DNA from: an uncultured bacterium
GTDB taxonomy: Bacteria; Verrucomicrobiota; Lentisphaeria; Victivallales; UBA1829
Length of the DNA stretch: 64,000 nucleotides
NCBI GenBank assembly: GCA_902778895.1
Contig: CACYZF010000010.1
Span: 71,785-135,784 of the forward strand
Reading direction: 5' to 3'
Translations under genes and position numbers: made by a program
The notes under the pieces: model-generated
Databases searched by the model: none
Told to the model about the DNA's origin: nothing
The model's input: the letters and a program-made list of their open reading frames with translations, nothing else
Shown here: one piece after another, positions 9,291 through 18,923 of the stretch
Position numbering within the stretch: position 1 is the first letter of the stretch
Layout of the letters: every line of letters begins with the position of its first letter

Positions 9291-10877
9291 ATGCAGCACA
9301 GACTCAGATTCGCTCCCTCCCCGACCGGGCAGGTCCACATCGGAAACATCCGCACCGCGATCTTCAACTGGCTTGCCGCCCGCCACATGGGCGGCAAGTT
9401 CATTCTGAGAATTGAGGACACCGACCTCGAACGTTCCACGAAAGAAGCGATCGACACGCTCCTTGAATGCATGGAGTGGCTAGGCCTCGACTACGACGAG
9501 GACGTCCTCTACCAGACCACGCAGGCGCAGCATCACCTCGACGCCGCGAAGAAGCTCATGGACGGCGGAAACGCCTATCCGCTCGGACCCGTCACGGAGC
9601 ATTCACCGATCCTTTTCCGCATCCCCGTCTTCTGCGACGAATTTCCGTTCGTGCGCACGGTCGGCCCGGCCTCTTATACGCTCGCGCCGGACACCGCGGT
9701 CGAGATCAACGGCGGTGGACTGAAATTCACCACGCTCTCTCCGAAGGGCAAGCCCGTCGAGAACCAGGCGTGCCTCGCCGGATTCAAGGACCTCGCGATC
9801 CTCGACGCCGCCGGGCAGACGCTCTTCACGCTCACGGATGACAAGCTCAACGAGATACTGAACTACGGTAAGTCCGAGACCGTCGAACACGCCGCCTCCA
9901 TGACGTTCACCCGCCGCGAAGTCTTCTACGACGATATGGTCAAGGGACACCTTTCCAAGCCGCTCGACAGCATGCGCGACTTCATCATCGTCCGCAGCGA
10001 CGGCAGCCCGGTCTTCCACCTCGCGAATGTCTGCGACGACATCACGCAGGACATCACGCTCATCGTGCGCGGCGACGACCACGTGGAAAATACCTACCGC
10101 CATCTCTTCATGTTCCAGACGCTCGGCGCGAAGGTCCCGTCCTACGCCCACCTGCCGATGATCGTGAATGCCCAGGGCAAGCCCTACAGCAAGCGCGACG
10201 GCGACGCGTTCGTCGGAGATTTCCGCGACAAAGGCGTGCTCCCCGAGGCGCTGTTCAACTACCTGACGCTCCTCGGCTGGTCCTCCGGCGACAACCGCGA
10301 AAAGATGTCCCGCGAAGAGCTCGTCGAGGCGTTCGACCTCGCCCGCGCCCAGCATTCGCCCGCCCAGTTCGACGCCGTGAAGATGGCGAACCTGAACGGC
10401 CAGTACATCGCCGCGCTCGATCCGGCGGTCTTCCGCGAACGCGCCTGGGATTTCGCAGCCGCCTACCCGTGGCGGGAATCCGTCGACCGCGCGAAATTCT
10501 ACGCCGTGGCCGACCTCATGCAGACCCGCACCAAGCTCATGACCGACCTGGCGACATGGACGTATTTCTTTGCCGTCCCGGTCGACTACGATCCGAAGGG
10601 CGTGAAGAAATTCCTCACGCCGGAACCCATGCGCGCCGCCCTCGAAAAAGCCGCCGGTGCGTTCGATTCTCTCCCCGAAAACGATCCGAAGACCGTCGAA
10701 GACGCGCTCCGCGCCATCGAGACCGCCGACGGACTTTCCCAGTTCGCCCTCAATCAGCCCGTCCGCGTCGCCGTCTGCGGCATCACCGTCGGCGCCAGCA
10801 TCTACGAAACGGTCGTCTGCATTGGCGTGAAGGAATGCGCCCGCCGCATCCGCGCCGCCCTCGCCGCGACCGCATAA
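9291..10877 (+). CDS. gltX: glutamate--tRNA ligase
   Basis: RFAPSPTGQVHIGNIRTA (HIGH), ILRIEDTDLERS, IVRGDDHVENT, KPYSKRDG (KMSKS-like). Confidence 0.95.
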   Translation: MQHRLRFAPSPTGQVHIGNIRTAIFNWLAARHMGGKFILRIEDTDLERSTKEAIDTLLECMEWLGLDYDEDVLYQTTQAQHHLDAAKKLMDGGNAYPLGPVTEHSPILFRIPVFCDEFPFVRTVGPASYTLAPDTAVEINGGGLKFTTLSPKGKPVENQACLAGFKDLAILDAAGQTLFTLTDDKLNEILNYGKSETVEHAASMTFTRREVFYDDMVKGHLSKPLDSMRDFIIVRSDGSPVFHLANVCDDITQDITLIVRGDDHVENTYRHLFMFQTLGAKVPSYAHLPMIVNAQGKPYSKRDGDAFVGDFRDKGVLPEALFNYLTLLGWSSGDNREKMSREELVEAFDLARAQHSPAQFDAVKMANLNGQYIAALDPAVFRERAWDFAAAYPWRESVDRAKFYAVADLMQTRTKLMTDLATWTYFFAVPVDYDPKGVKKFLTPEPMRAALEKAAGAFDSLPENDPKTVEDALRAIETADGLSQFALNQPVRVAVCGITVGASIYETVVCIGVKECARRIRAALAATA

Positions 10878-10895
10878 CCGCTTTCTGGAGGACGC

Positions 10896-11504
10896 ATGAA
10901 CAACATCCCCGTCGAAAAACTGAGGCTCCGGCTGCTCGGCGATCCGATCCTGGCGGCGAAGGCGCGCCCGGTCGAACAGATCACCGAGGAGACGCAGCGC
11001 ATTTCCGAGGCCATGCTCGACATCATGTACAAATCGCACGGGATCGGCCTCGCCGGAAACCAGGTCGGGCTGCTCCAGCGCATCGTGACCATCGACATCG
11101 ATCCGCCGACCGACGAGGACGGAAACGAGCTTCCGGTCCATACCGAGGGAGAAAAGAAGCTTCTCCCGAAGATGCCGATCACGCTGATCAACCCGGAGAT
11201 CGTTTCGTACTCCGGCAATCTCTGCCCGTTCGACGAAGGCTGCCTGAGCGTGCCGGAGGTCTACGCCCGCGTCATGCGCAGCGACGCCGTCGTGCTCAAA
11301 TCCATGCTTCTCGACGGCTCCGAGTTCGTCCTCGAATGCGGCGGACTCCTCGCGCGCGTCGTCCAGCACGAGCTCGACCATCTCGACGGCATCGTGTTCG
11401 TCCAGAAGGTCGATCCGGAAGTCTATCCCGGCATTTCCAAACGCGTCGAAAAGATCATCAAGCGCAACGGCCCCCGCGGCTTCAAAGTCAGGAGGCTCGT
11501 CTGA
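10896..11504 (+). CDS. def: peptide deformylase
   Basis: GIGLAGNQVG, EGCLSVP and HELDHLDG, the three PDF motifs. Confidence 0.95.
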   Translation: MNNIPVEKLRLRLLGDPILAAKARPVEQITEETQRISEAMLDIMYKSHGIGLAGNQVGLLQRIVTIDIDPPTDEDGNELPVHTEGEKKLLPKMPITLINPEIVSYSGNLCPFDEGCLSVPEVYARVMRSDAVVLKSMLLDGSEFVLECGGLLARVVQHELDHLDGIVFVQKVDPEVYPGISKRVEKIIKRNGPRGFKVRRLV

Positions 11505-11506
11505 CC

Positions 11507-12532
11507 ATGCCTCAACCCGGGACAAACACCGGGTCCACGCCCGGCTTCCTCGCCACGACGGCGCGCCTGTGCGCCGGCACGAAAATCATGACCGAGATCT
11601 ATGAATCTTCGCCCGCGCGCGCCATATGGCGGTTCTTCCTGCTGACCATACTCTGTTCCATCATGGCGGCGGTCGTCGGGACGCTTGTGCAGAAAGGCGT
11701 GTTCGAGCGCGCCGGACGCAATCTCGACGAGGAGATCGGGGCATTCGAGGTCACGCCGGAAACGATCTCGTTCCGGAAAGAACCGGATACGCCGCGCCGC
11801 TTCAAGCTGCCTTATATCACGCTGGAATACTACCCCGGGGACACGTTCACGAGCGAGGATTTCAACGCCGACCGCACTTCCGACCACGGCGTCGTGATCC
11901 TCCCCGGCGGCCTGGCCTCCTGGGCCTCGGTCAACTGGAACGGCGAAGATGTTTTTTATGCAAGTTTCCTGCCCGCGTCCATGCTCTACGCCTCGCTTTC
12001 CGGGGGAAAGAATACCGATCTCAACAGCATCGGCGCACGCTGGGAGATGTTCTCCGGCCCCGGCTTTGCCGAAACGCTGAAAAAAGAGTTCGCCGCGCCA
12101 AAATCGAAAAAGGCGGACAAAGCATCTCAGGCGGAAAACGCCGACCCGGTCCTGACGACCGGTTCGCAGGCCGCCAGTTTCGCTCTCTCTCTGCTGACCG
12201 CGATCATCCTGCTGTCCACGTTCGCCCGGAATTTCCTGGAGATCGGCCTGATCGTGTTGCTGGTGTCGCTGGTCCAGTATCTGCGCGCCTCCACCCTCCC
12301 GAAGGGGATCATCTACAAAAACGTGCTCACGATCATGATCTATTCCACCTTCCCCGCCCAGATCGCCGCCACGCTGTTCGACGCCGCGGGCGGCGACAGA
12401 TTCATCTCGTTTCAGATTCTTTTCGTCGGAATCTTTTTCGTCTACCAGCTCTTCGCATTCCGGGCCGTCATCAGGAAAGTCTGCCCGCAGATCGACCGGA
12501 AAGACGACGATTTCGACGATTCCGATTTTTAA
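11507..12532 (+). CDS. polytopic membrane protein of unknown function (possibly DUF1189-like)
   Basis: The ORF-track ORF 10469-12532 overlaps gltX/def in another frame, so only the part after the def stop is credible. Candidate starts are ATG 11507 (2 nt after def) or ATG 11588. One N-terminal TM, a soluble loop, then ~4 C-terminal TM helices and an acidic tail. No family-defining motif recognised. Confidence 0.55.
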   Translation: MPQPGTNTGSTPGFLATTARLCAGTKIMTEIYESSPARAIWRFFLLTILCSIMAAVVGTLVQKGVFERAGRNLDEEIGAFEVTPETISFRKEPDTPRRFKLPYITLEYYPGDTFTSEDFNADRTSDHGVVILPGGLASWASVNWNGEDVFYASFLPASMLYASLSGGKNTDLNSIGARWEMFSGPGFAETLKKEFAAPKSKKADKASQAENADPVLTTGSQAASFALSLLTAIILLSTFARNFLEIGLIVLLVSLVQYLRASTLPKGIIYKNVLTIMIYSTFPAQIAATLFDAAGGDRFISFQILFVGIFFVYQLFAFRAVIRKVCPQIDRKDDDFDDSDF

Positions 12533-12558
12533 CCGCCTGTCAAAAGGAGACAGACCCT

Positions 12559-13278
12559 ATGAACAAAACTCTTGAACACTGCCGAATCCAGAACTGGTAT
12601 CCGCGTCTCTCCGTATATTCCCTGCCCACCAACTTCGTGTTCCTGATGGATATTGAGATCAAGGCGCTTCAGGAAGGCGATGCGGAATCCGGCATCGCGA
12701 AAAACGTGATCGACCGGCTCGAAAGCGCCATGAGCAAGTTCCCGTTCACGCGCTTCGTGGGGACCGACCTCGTCGCTCCGACCGACACGGTCCGCTTCGA
12801 GGAGAAACGCGGCGCGGTCCGTTCCGCCACCAGCGCATGGTATTTCCTGACGCAGAGCGCGAAGGTGCGGAACGCCGCCCAGAAAGGCATGGTCTCCGCC
12901 CTCTGCGTCCGTCCGTTCCGCCGCATGGATTCCGCCCGTGAGTTCCGTCTGTTCGTGAAAAACGGCAAGCTCCGCGCGATGAGCCAGTACTGGATGACGC
13001 GCAACTATCCGCGCCTGGAGAAATCCCGCGAAAAATACTGGACGCTCGCCGTCGACTTCATCGACAAGAACTTCTGGGTGCTTCCGGAACCGGATATCGT
13101 GCTCGACATCTACTTCACCTCCAAGGACGAGATCCTCGTGATCGACCTGAATCCGTTCGGTCCGCCCACCGATCCGAAGATGCTCAACACATGGGATCAG
13201 GACTGGCTGAACTCCATGGGGATGAAGCTTATCCCGCCGCCGACCGCGATTTCCGGCGACATCAACGTCTCTTTCTGA
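12559..13278 (+). CDS. Cdc123/D123-family ATP-grasp protein (bacterial homolog)
   Basis: Internal start with SD aaGGAGA 8 nt upstream. Blocks match eukaryotic CDC123 as I recall it: LEHCRIQNWYP (human LHCQFSAWYP), EFRLFVKNGKLRAMSQY (EFRCFV..ISQR), VLDIYFTS..ILVIDLNPFGPPTDPKMLNTW (VFDIY..LIDFNPFGEVTDSLLFTW). Confidence 0.8.
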   Translation: MNKTLEHCRIQNWYPRLSVYSLPTNFVFLMDIEIKALQEGDAESGIAKNVIDRLESAMSKFPFTRFVGTDLVAPTDTVRFEEKRGAVRSATSAWYFLTQSAKVRNAAQKGMVSALCVRPFRRMDSAREFRLFVKNGKLRAMSQYWMTRNYPRLEKSREKYWTLAVDFIDKNFWVLPEPDIVLDIYFTSKDEILVIDLNPFGPPTDPKMLNTWDQDWLNSMGMKLIPPPTAISGDINVSF

Positions 13279-13339
13279 CGCACACTTTTATCCTCATCCC
13301 GTCACGGAAAAAAACCGCACGTTTTTTCCGCACGGACAG

Positions 13340-13367
13340 TTGATTCCGTCATACGGTGTGCTATATT
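13340..13367 (+). promoter_or_regulatory. sigma70-type promoter (extended -10) for the GH2 gene
   Basis: TTGATT-N16-TATATT with TGc immediately upstream of the -10. Confidence 0.5.
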
Positions 13368-13452
13368 ATTAGATAAAATCATTTTTCGTTTTTTCAGCTC
13401 CAGTCTGCTCGCGCCGGACAGTACGCGACACACCAAGAAAGGACAGCATACT

Positions 13453-16326
13453 ATGAATATGAAATCATATAAAACCGTCGCCGAGATCGTCTGCCTGTTC
13501 CTCTTCCTGCTGCTTCTCGCCGGGACCGCAAGCGCATCCGAAATCTACGACTTCAATCCCGGCTGGATGTTCCTGCATTCGGATCATCAGATCGCATCGA
13601 AGGAATATAAAGAGCACAAGAGCATCTGGGCCGGAGCGAAGGCCGCCACGTCGGACGTCGTCTGGCCGTTCACAGGGTTCGATTTCGATGAAGAGGAATT
13701 CCGCCCCGTCAATCTGCCCCATGACTGGGCCGTCGAGGACGGCTTCTATCCGGAAGAGGACGGAGAACAGGGCTACCGCAGACGCGGCTGGGGATATTAC
13801 CGCAAACGCTTCTTCGTGCCGTCCACATGGAAAGGCAAACGCGTGGAACTTCAGTTCGGCGGCGTCGCCACGCACTCGACCTTCTGGATCAACCAGGCCC
13901 TTTTCCATCACAATTACAGCGGATACAACACCTTTACCATGGACATCACTCCGGTTCTGATGTACGGACGTGACAACGTGATCGCAGTCGAAGTCAATGC
14001 CGCGGTTTTCGAGGGCTGGTGGTACGAGGGCGCCGGTATCTATCGCGACGTCAAGCTCATCGTCAGCGATCCGCTCCATATCGCCACGAATGACGGCATA
14101 TTGGTCAATGCCGAGGTCAAACTCGATGGCTGGAATGTCAGCGGATATGTGAATCTCATCAATGATTCGGCCAAGGAGGAATCTCCGATGTTGGATATCG
14201 ACATCCTTGACCCCTCCGGGAAAACGGTTGAGACCAAACGGTTCCTTCCGACTCTTCCGGCGAACCAGACGCTTCAGGTCCCGTACTCCGTCCGCATCGG
14301 ATCGCCGAAGACCTGGTCGCCCGACACGCCTCAGCTTTATCAGATTAAAGTCACGCTCAAGGACGGAGTCCGCGTTTACGACGAGAAGAAAGTCAACTTC
14401 GGATTCCGCACCTACAAATTCGATTTCACCAACGGATTCTCCCTGAACGGCAAGCCGATGAAGATCAAAGGCGTCTGCAACCATCAGGATCATGCCGGCG
14501 TCGGAGCGGCCGTCCCCGCCGCCATAGAGGAATTCCGCATCAAAAAACTCAAGGAAATGGGCGCGAACGCTTACCGCTGCGCCCACAATCCGCCGAGCGA
14601 AAACATCCTCAACCTCTGCGACAAGTACGGGCTTCTCGTCATCGACGAAAACCGCGCGTTCAATGCGTCTCAGGAAAATCTGAACTACCTCCGCGAACAT
14701 ATCCGCCGCGACCGCAACCATCCCTCCGTCATTCTCTGGAGCATCTTCAACGAAGAACCGCTGCAGAGTGAGTTCCTCGGACAGGAAATCGCCCGCGCAC
14801 TGGTCAATGTGGTCAAAAAGGAAGACCCGACGCGTCCTGTTCTCGCCGCCATGAACGGCGGGTTCTTCTCGAAAGACAGCGCACGCAACGTCCTTGACAT
14901 CGTCGGTTTCAACTACCAGTACGGCAACATCGACAGATTCCATGCCGAATACCCGAACATCCCGATCCTGCTCACCGAAGGCGCCAGCGCGTTCGAGACG
15001 CGCGGCGAATTCAAGACGGACAAAGAAAAAAACATCGCTTCCTCTTATGACATTTTTGCCGCCGACTGGGGCACCACCCACCGCAAGGACTGGGAAACCG
15101 TCCTGAACCGCCGCTTCCTTGCCGGCACGTTCGTCTGGACCGGATTCGACTACCACGGAGAACCCACGCCCTACAACAACAAGTTCCCGGCGAACAGCAG
15201 CTATTTCGGATGCATGGACCTCTGCGGCTTCCCGAAGACAGCCTTCTACATCCGTCAGGCGCAGTGGCTCGACAAACCTGTTCTGCATGTCGCTCCGCAC
15301 TGGAATCTTGATGTCAAAAACGAAGAGGAAGTCGACGTTTTCTGCGCGACGAACATGGAAGAAGTCACGTTCATTCTGAACGGCAAGGACATCGGCACGT
15401 TCAAGGTCGATCCTGTCGAAATGCTGACGCAGAAAGTCAAATATGAACCCGGCACGCTGCTCCTCATCGGCAGAAAAGGCGGTCAGGAAATCGTCCGTAC
15501 GCAGGTCGAGACCACCGGCAAACCTGTCGGGCTTGTAATCACACCAGACCGCAATGAGATCAAGGGCGACGGTTATGACGCCGTTCCCGTCACGGTCAGC
15601 GCCGTCGACGCGTCCGGACGCCTCGTCCCGACCGCCAACGTCCCCGTCGAATTTGAGATTTCCGGCCCCGGACGAAACATCGGCGTCGGCAACGGCGACC
15701 CCACCTGCACGCTCAGCGAGAAGGCGAATTCCCGTCCGCTTTTCAACGGCTACGCCCAGCTTATCGTCCAGTCCGACCGCGTGCAAAAGGGCACGATCGA
15801 GATCACGGCAAAAAGCGAGGGGCTCAAATCCGCTTCCTGCTCCCTCAAAATCGCTTCCTCGACCGGACTTCCCTTCATCGAAGGTTTCACGAACAATGAG
15901 ATCGCAATCTCCGGTTGGCGCGCCTCCAGCCCGTCCATGGAAAAACCGATTCTTCTCTCGGAAGACTCCGGCGAAGAGCTGAAAAAACAGCTTGCGCCCG
16001 CCGAGCTCGGCAGTGTACTCTCCCTCAAACCCAGGACATGGGTCAATTACTATGCCGAGTTCAAGATCCCCTCTGTCATCACGGAAAAAGGCGGCTCCCT
16101 GTGCTTCAAAAACATGACGGGGAAAGCCATGATCTACATCAACGGGGAATTGCTCCATGAAAAGAAGACCGTAGCAGCCAGCGACATCATCATTCCGCTG
16201 AAGAAAAAGATTGAAAAGATTGAGCTCAACGTCTTCATGCAGCCGGACGGCAAGGGACATGTCCTTCTCGGCGACCTTGTCTACGTTTCGCCGGAAAAGC
16301 TCAAGAAGACTTCCGACAAAAAATAA
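13453..16326 (+). CDS. secreted glycoside hydrolase family 2 (beta-galactosidase/beta-glucuronidase-like)
   Basis: Signal peptide (LLLLAGTASA). GH2 blocks: NLPHDWAVE, GAGIYRDVKL, GVCNHQDHAGVG, NAYRCAHNPPS, DRNHPSVILWSIFNEE, WTGFDYHGEP; C-terminal Ig-like/accessory domains. Confidence 0.85.
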   Translation: MNMKSYKTVAEIVCLFLFLLLLAGTASASEIYDFNPGWMFLHSDHQIASKEYKEHKSIWAGAKAATSDVVWPFTGFDFDEEEFRPVNLPHDWAVEDGFYPEEDGEQGYRRRGWGYYRKRFFVPSTWKGKRVELQFGGVATHSTFWINQALFHHNYSGYNTFTMDITPVLMYGRDNVIAVEVNAAVFEGWWYEGAGIYRDVKLIVSDPLHIATNDGILVNAEVKLDGWNVSGYVNLINDSAKEESPMLDIDILDPSGKTVETKRFLPTLPANQTLQVPYSVRIGSPKTWSPDTPQLYQIKVTLKDGVRVYDEKKVNFGFRTYKFDFTNGFSLNGKPMKIKGVCNHQDHAGVGAAVPAAIEEFRIKKLKEMGANAYRCAHNPPSENILNLCDKYGLLVIDENRAFNASQENLNYLREHIRRDRNHPSVILWSIFNEEPLQSEFLGQEIARALVNVVKKEDPTRPVLAAMNGGFFSKDSARNVLDIVGFNYQYGNIDRFHAEYPNIPILLTEGASAFETRGEFKTDKEKNIASSYDIFAADWGTTHRKDWETVLNRRFLAGTFVWTGFDYHGEPTPYNNKFPANSSYFGCMDLCGFPKTAFYIRQAQWLDKPVLHVAPHWNLDVKNEEEVDVFCATNMEEVTFILNGKDIGTFKVDPVEMLTQKVKYEPGTLLLIGRKGGQEIVRTQVETTGKPVGLVITPDRNEIKGDGYDAVPVTVSAVDASGRLVPTANVPVEFEISGPGRNIGVGNGDPTCTLSEKANSRPLFNGYAQLIVQSDRVQKGTIEITAKSEGLKSASCSLKIASSTGLPFIEGFTNNEIAISGWRASSPSMEKPILLSEDSGEELKKQLAPAELGSVLSLKPRTWVNYYAEFKIPSVITEKGGSLCFKNMTGKAMIYINGELLHEKKTVAASDIIIPLKKKIEKIELNVFMQPDGKGHVLLGDLVYVSPEKLKKTSDKK

Positions 16327-16356
16327 AACATACGCCACAGGCACCACGGCACCAGT

Positions 16357-17604
16357 ATGATCCAGAACACGCCCAAGGGGCTCCGCCTCCAGATCGGTTT
16401 CTTCGGCAGACGCAACGCCGGGAAATCCTCGTTGCTCAACGCACTCGCCGGACAGGACGTCGTCATCGTTTCCGATGTCCCCGGCACGACGACCGACCCC
16501 GTCGAAAAGCCCATGGAACTGCCCCCGCTCGGCCCCGTGCTCTTCATCGACACCGCCGGACTCGACGAAGACCCGACTGCGCTCGGCGGAATGCGCGTCG
16601 AGAAAAGCCGCCGCATCTTCGACCGGACCGATCTCGCGCTGATCGTAACCGACGGCGGCTGGAGCCGGACGGAAGAAGACGTGCTTTCGCTTTTCCGCGA
16701 ACGCACTACGCCGCTGATCGTGGTCTTCACCAAGGCCGATGTCTCCGCGCCCGATCCGGCTCTTGTCTCCCGCCTCGACACGGAAAAGATCCCCCACGTC
16801 GAAGTCTCCGCGCAGACAGGCTCCGGGCTCGCCGCGCTCCGCGCCGCGCTCGTCAACACCGCGCCGGAAGGATTTCTCGGCGGACGTCCCATGCTCGGCG
16901 ACCTCATCGCGCCGGGCGACTCGGTTCTGCTCATCACGCCCATCGACAAGGAAGCGCCGAAAGGGCGCATGATCCTGCCGGAAGTGCAGGCCATCCGCGA
17001 CATCCTCGACCACGACGCGCTCTGTCTGTGCGTGACAGAACACCACATAACGGACATGCTCGCGCAACTGGAAACGCAGCCCGCGCTCGCCGTGACCGAT
17101 TCCCAGGCGTTCGGCATCGCATCGCGTTCCGTGCCGCCCGAAATCCCGCTCACCTCGTTCTCCATCCTGCTCGCGCGCATGAAAGGCGACCTGGCCGCGT
17201 GCGCCGCCGGAGCCGCCGCGATCGACCGTCTGCACGACGGTTCCCGCGTGCTTGTGGCGGAGGCGTGTACACACCATCCCATCGGCGACGACATCGGACG
17301 CATGAAACTCCCGCGCTGGATCCGCGAATACCGCCACGCCGACGGCATCGAATTCACCACGGCCGCCGGAGCCGATTTCCCCGACGACCTCACGCAATAC
17401 GACCTGGTGCTCCACTGCGGCGCCTGCACGTTCAACCGCCGCGCCGTCCTGTCCCGCATCCTGCACTGCCGCGAACAGGGCGTACCGTTCACCAACTACG
17501 GCGTCGCCATCGCGCACATCCACGGCATCCTCGAACGCGCCCTCTCCCCCTTCCCCGACGCGTACGAGGCGTTCAAAGCCGCCGCGTGCGGAGGCCGCGC
17601 CTGA
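16357..17604 (+). CDS. hydF: [FeFe]-hydrogenase maturation GTPase HydF
   Basis: GRRNAGKSSLLNAL (P-loop), VSDVPGTTTDPV, FIDTAGLDE, FTKAD; C-terminal FeS-ligand pattern EACTHHP...LHCGACTFN (CxH...HCxxC). Confidence 0.8.
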   Translation: MIQNTPKGLRLQIGFFGRRNAGKSSLLNALAGQDVVIVSDVPGTTTDPVEKPMELPPLGPVLFIDTAGLDEDPTALGGMRVEKSRRIFDRTDLALIVTDGGWSRTEEDVLSLFRERTTPLIVVFTKADVSAPDPALVSRLDTEKIPHVEVSAQTGSGLAALRAALVNTAPEGFLGGRPMLGDLIAPGDSVLLITPIDKEAPKGRMILPEVQAIRDILDHDALCLCVTEHHITDMLAQLETQPALAVTDSQAFGIASRSVPPEIPLTSFSILLARMKGDLAACAAGAAAIDRLHDGSRVLVAEACTHHPIGDDIGRMKLPRWIREYRHADGIEFTTAAGADFPDDLTQYDLVLHCGACTFNRRAVLSRILHCREQGVPFTNYGVAIAHIHGILERALSPFPDAYEAFKAAACGGRA

Positions 17605-17622
17605 TCCGCGCGGACGGCGACC

Positions 17623-18900
17623 ATGCCGCAACTCCAAAGACAATCGGCGGACGCCCCCGCGTCCGTCAGGCTCTCAGGCGGAAACACCCCCGATTTCACA
17701 AAGACCTGGAAAAGCCAGCTCTGCGTGATCTGGAGCGCGCAGTTCCTGTCCGCCATCGGCTTCTCCTTCGGACTGCCGTTCATTTCCTACCTTATGCAGG
17801 AGGACATGGGCGTCACGGACAAGGCCGAGCTCGCCTACTGGGTCGCCGCGTTCAGCGCCGCCTGCCCGCTCACCATGATGTTCTTCTCGCCCGTCTGGGG
17901 CGCGCTCGGCGACCGTTACGGACGCCGCAAGATGCTTCTGCGCTCCTACGTCGGCGGAGCGGTGGCGGTCGGACTCATCAGCGTGGCGCAGACTCCCATG
18001 CAGCTGGTCCTGCTCCGCGTCATCCAGGGCGCGTTCTGCGGCACCATGTCCGCCTCGCAGGCGCTCATCTCCACGCAGACCCCGCGCGAACACACCGGAT
18101 TCGCGCTCGGCGCGCTGAACAGCGCCATGTTCTCCGGCACCATCGCCGGGGCGTTCGCGGGCGGCTACGTGGCCGAACTTGCCGGATACCGTCTGGCCTT
18201 TGCGATCTCCGCCCTCTGCTTTGTCCTGTCGTTCATCGCCGTCTTCTTCTGCTCCCGCGAATACTACACGCCGCCGCCCGGAAAAGCCTCCGGGATGCGC
18301 GGCATGCTTCACGCAATCCGCCCCGAAACCGCCCAGCTCGCGCTCAATCTTCCCATCCTGCTCATCATGGGACTGGTCATGTTCTCCCGTTCGTTCGACG
18401 CGTCATTCGTCCCGCTCTTCGTACAGGACCTGCACGGCGGCATCGAGGGCGCGTCGAAGATCACGGGCGCGCTTTCGGGCATCTGCGGCCTCGCGGGCGT
18501 CGTGTCCGGGTTCCTGCTCGGGTATCTGGCCGACCACTATCCGCCGGGCCGTCTGGCGGTCATCTCGTCCGTCCTGACCGCCGCCTTCATGTTCTCCATT
18601 TCGTTCGTCTGGGGCCTTGCCGCGCTCTTCGTCCTGCGGTTCGCCATGATCTTCATGGGCAGCGGCATCGAGCCCGCCATGCAGATATGGCTGGCGAAAA
18701 AAACCGACGAACGTTCCCGCGGGCAGATGTTCGGCTGGGCCTCCGCCATGCGCTGCCTCGGCCTCGGGCTCGCCCCTCTAGCAGGCGGCCCGATCGCGGC
18801 CAACCTCGGCATCCGCGCCGTCTTCGCAGGCGGCTCGGTTTTCTTCCTCCTGACCGCGGCCTTCATCTATCTGGCCATGCGGCACTACAGAGAAATCTGA
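17623..18900 (+). CDS. MFS transporter (12 TM, drug/H+ antiporter-like)
   Basis: 12 predicted TM helices; MFS signature-like GALGDRYGRRKMLL between TM2 and TM3. Confidence 0.85.
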   Translation: MPQLQRQSADAPASVRLSGGNTPDFTKTWKSQLCVIWSAQFLSAIGFSFGLPFISYLMQEDMGVTDKAELAYWVAAFSAACPLTMMFFSPVWGALGDRYGRRKMLLRSYVGGAVAVGLISVAQTPMQLVLLRVIQGAFCGTMSASQALISTQTPREHTGFALGALNSAMFSGTIAGAFAGGYVAELAGYRLAFAISALCFVLSFIAVFFCSREYYTPPPGKASGMRGMLHAIRPETAQLALNLPILLIMGLVMFSRSFDASFVPLFVQDLHGGIEGASKITGALSGICGLAGVVSGFLLGYLADHYPPGRLAVISSVLTAAFMFSISFVWGLAALFVLRFAMIFMGSGIEPAMQIWLAKKTDERSRGQMFGWASAMRCLGLGLAPLAGGPIAANLGIRAVFAGGSVFFLLTAAFIYLAMRHYREI

Positions 18901-18923
18901 CCCCCTCCCCTTTTTCTTTTCTC

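Noticed and set aside
10469-11506. N-terminal 346 codons of ORF 10469-12532, overlapping gltX and def
   Set aside because: Out-of-frame overlap with two essential, motif-rich genes, and the translation is Arg/Pro-rich. Only the segment after the def stop (from 11507 or 11588) looks like a real membrane protein.
13279-13339. Terminator after the D123 gene (cggaaaaaaa..ttttttccg)
   Set aside because: The stem is almost entirely A:T with only three G:C pairs, and no U-tract follows it. The nearby ccgcacg copies are direct repeats, not inverted. Evidence is insufficient.
13465-17643. 1392-aa ORF on the minus strand spanning the GH2 and hydF loci
   Set aside because: It lies antisense to two genes with strong family motifs. 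Its translation is R/G/A/D/V-rich low-information sequence with no motifs. This is a typical stop-poor shadow frame of a high-GC genome.
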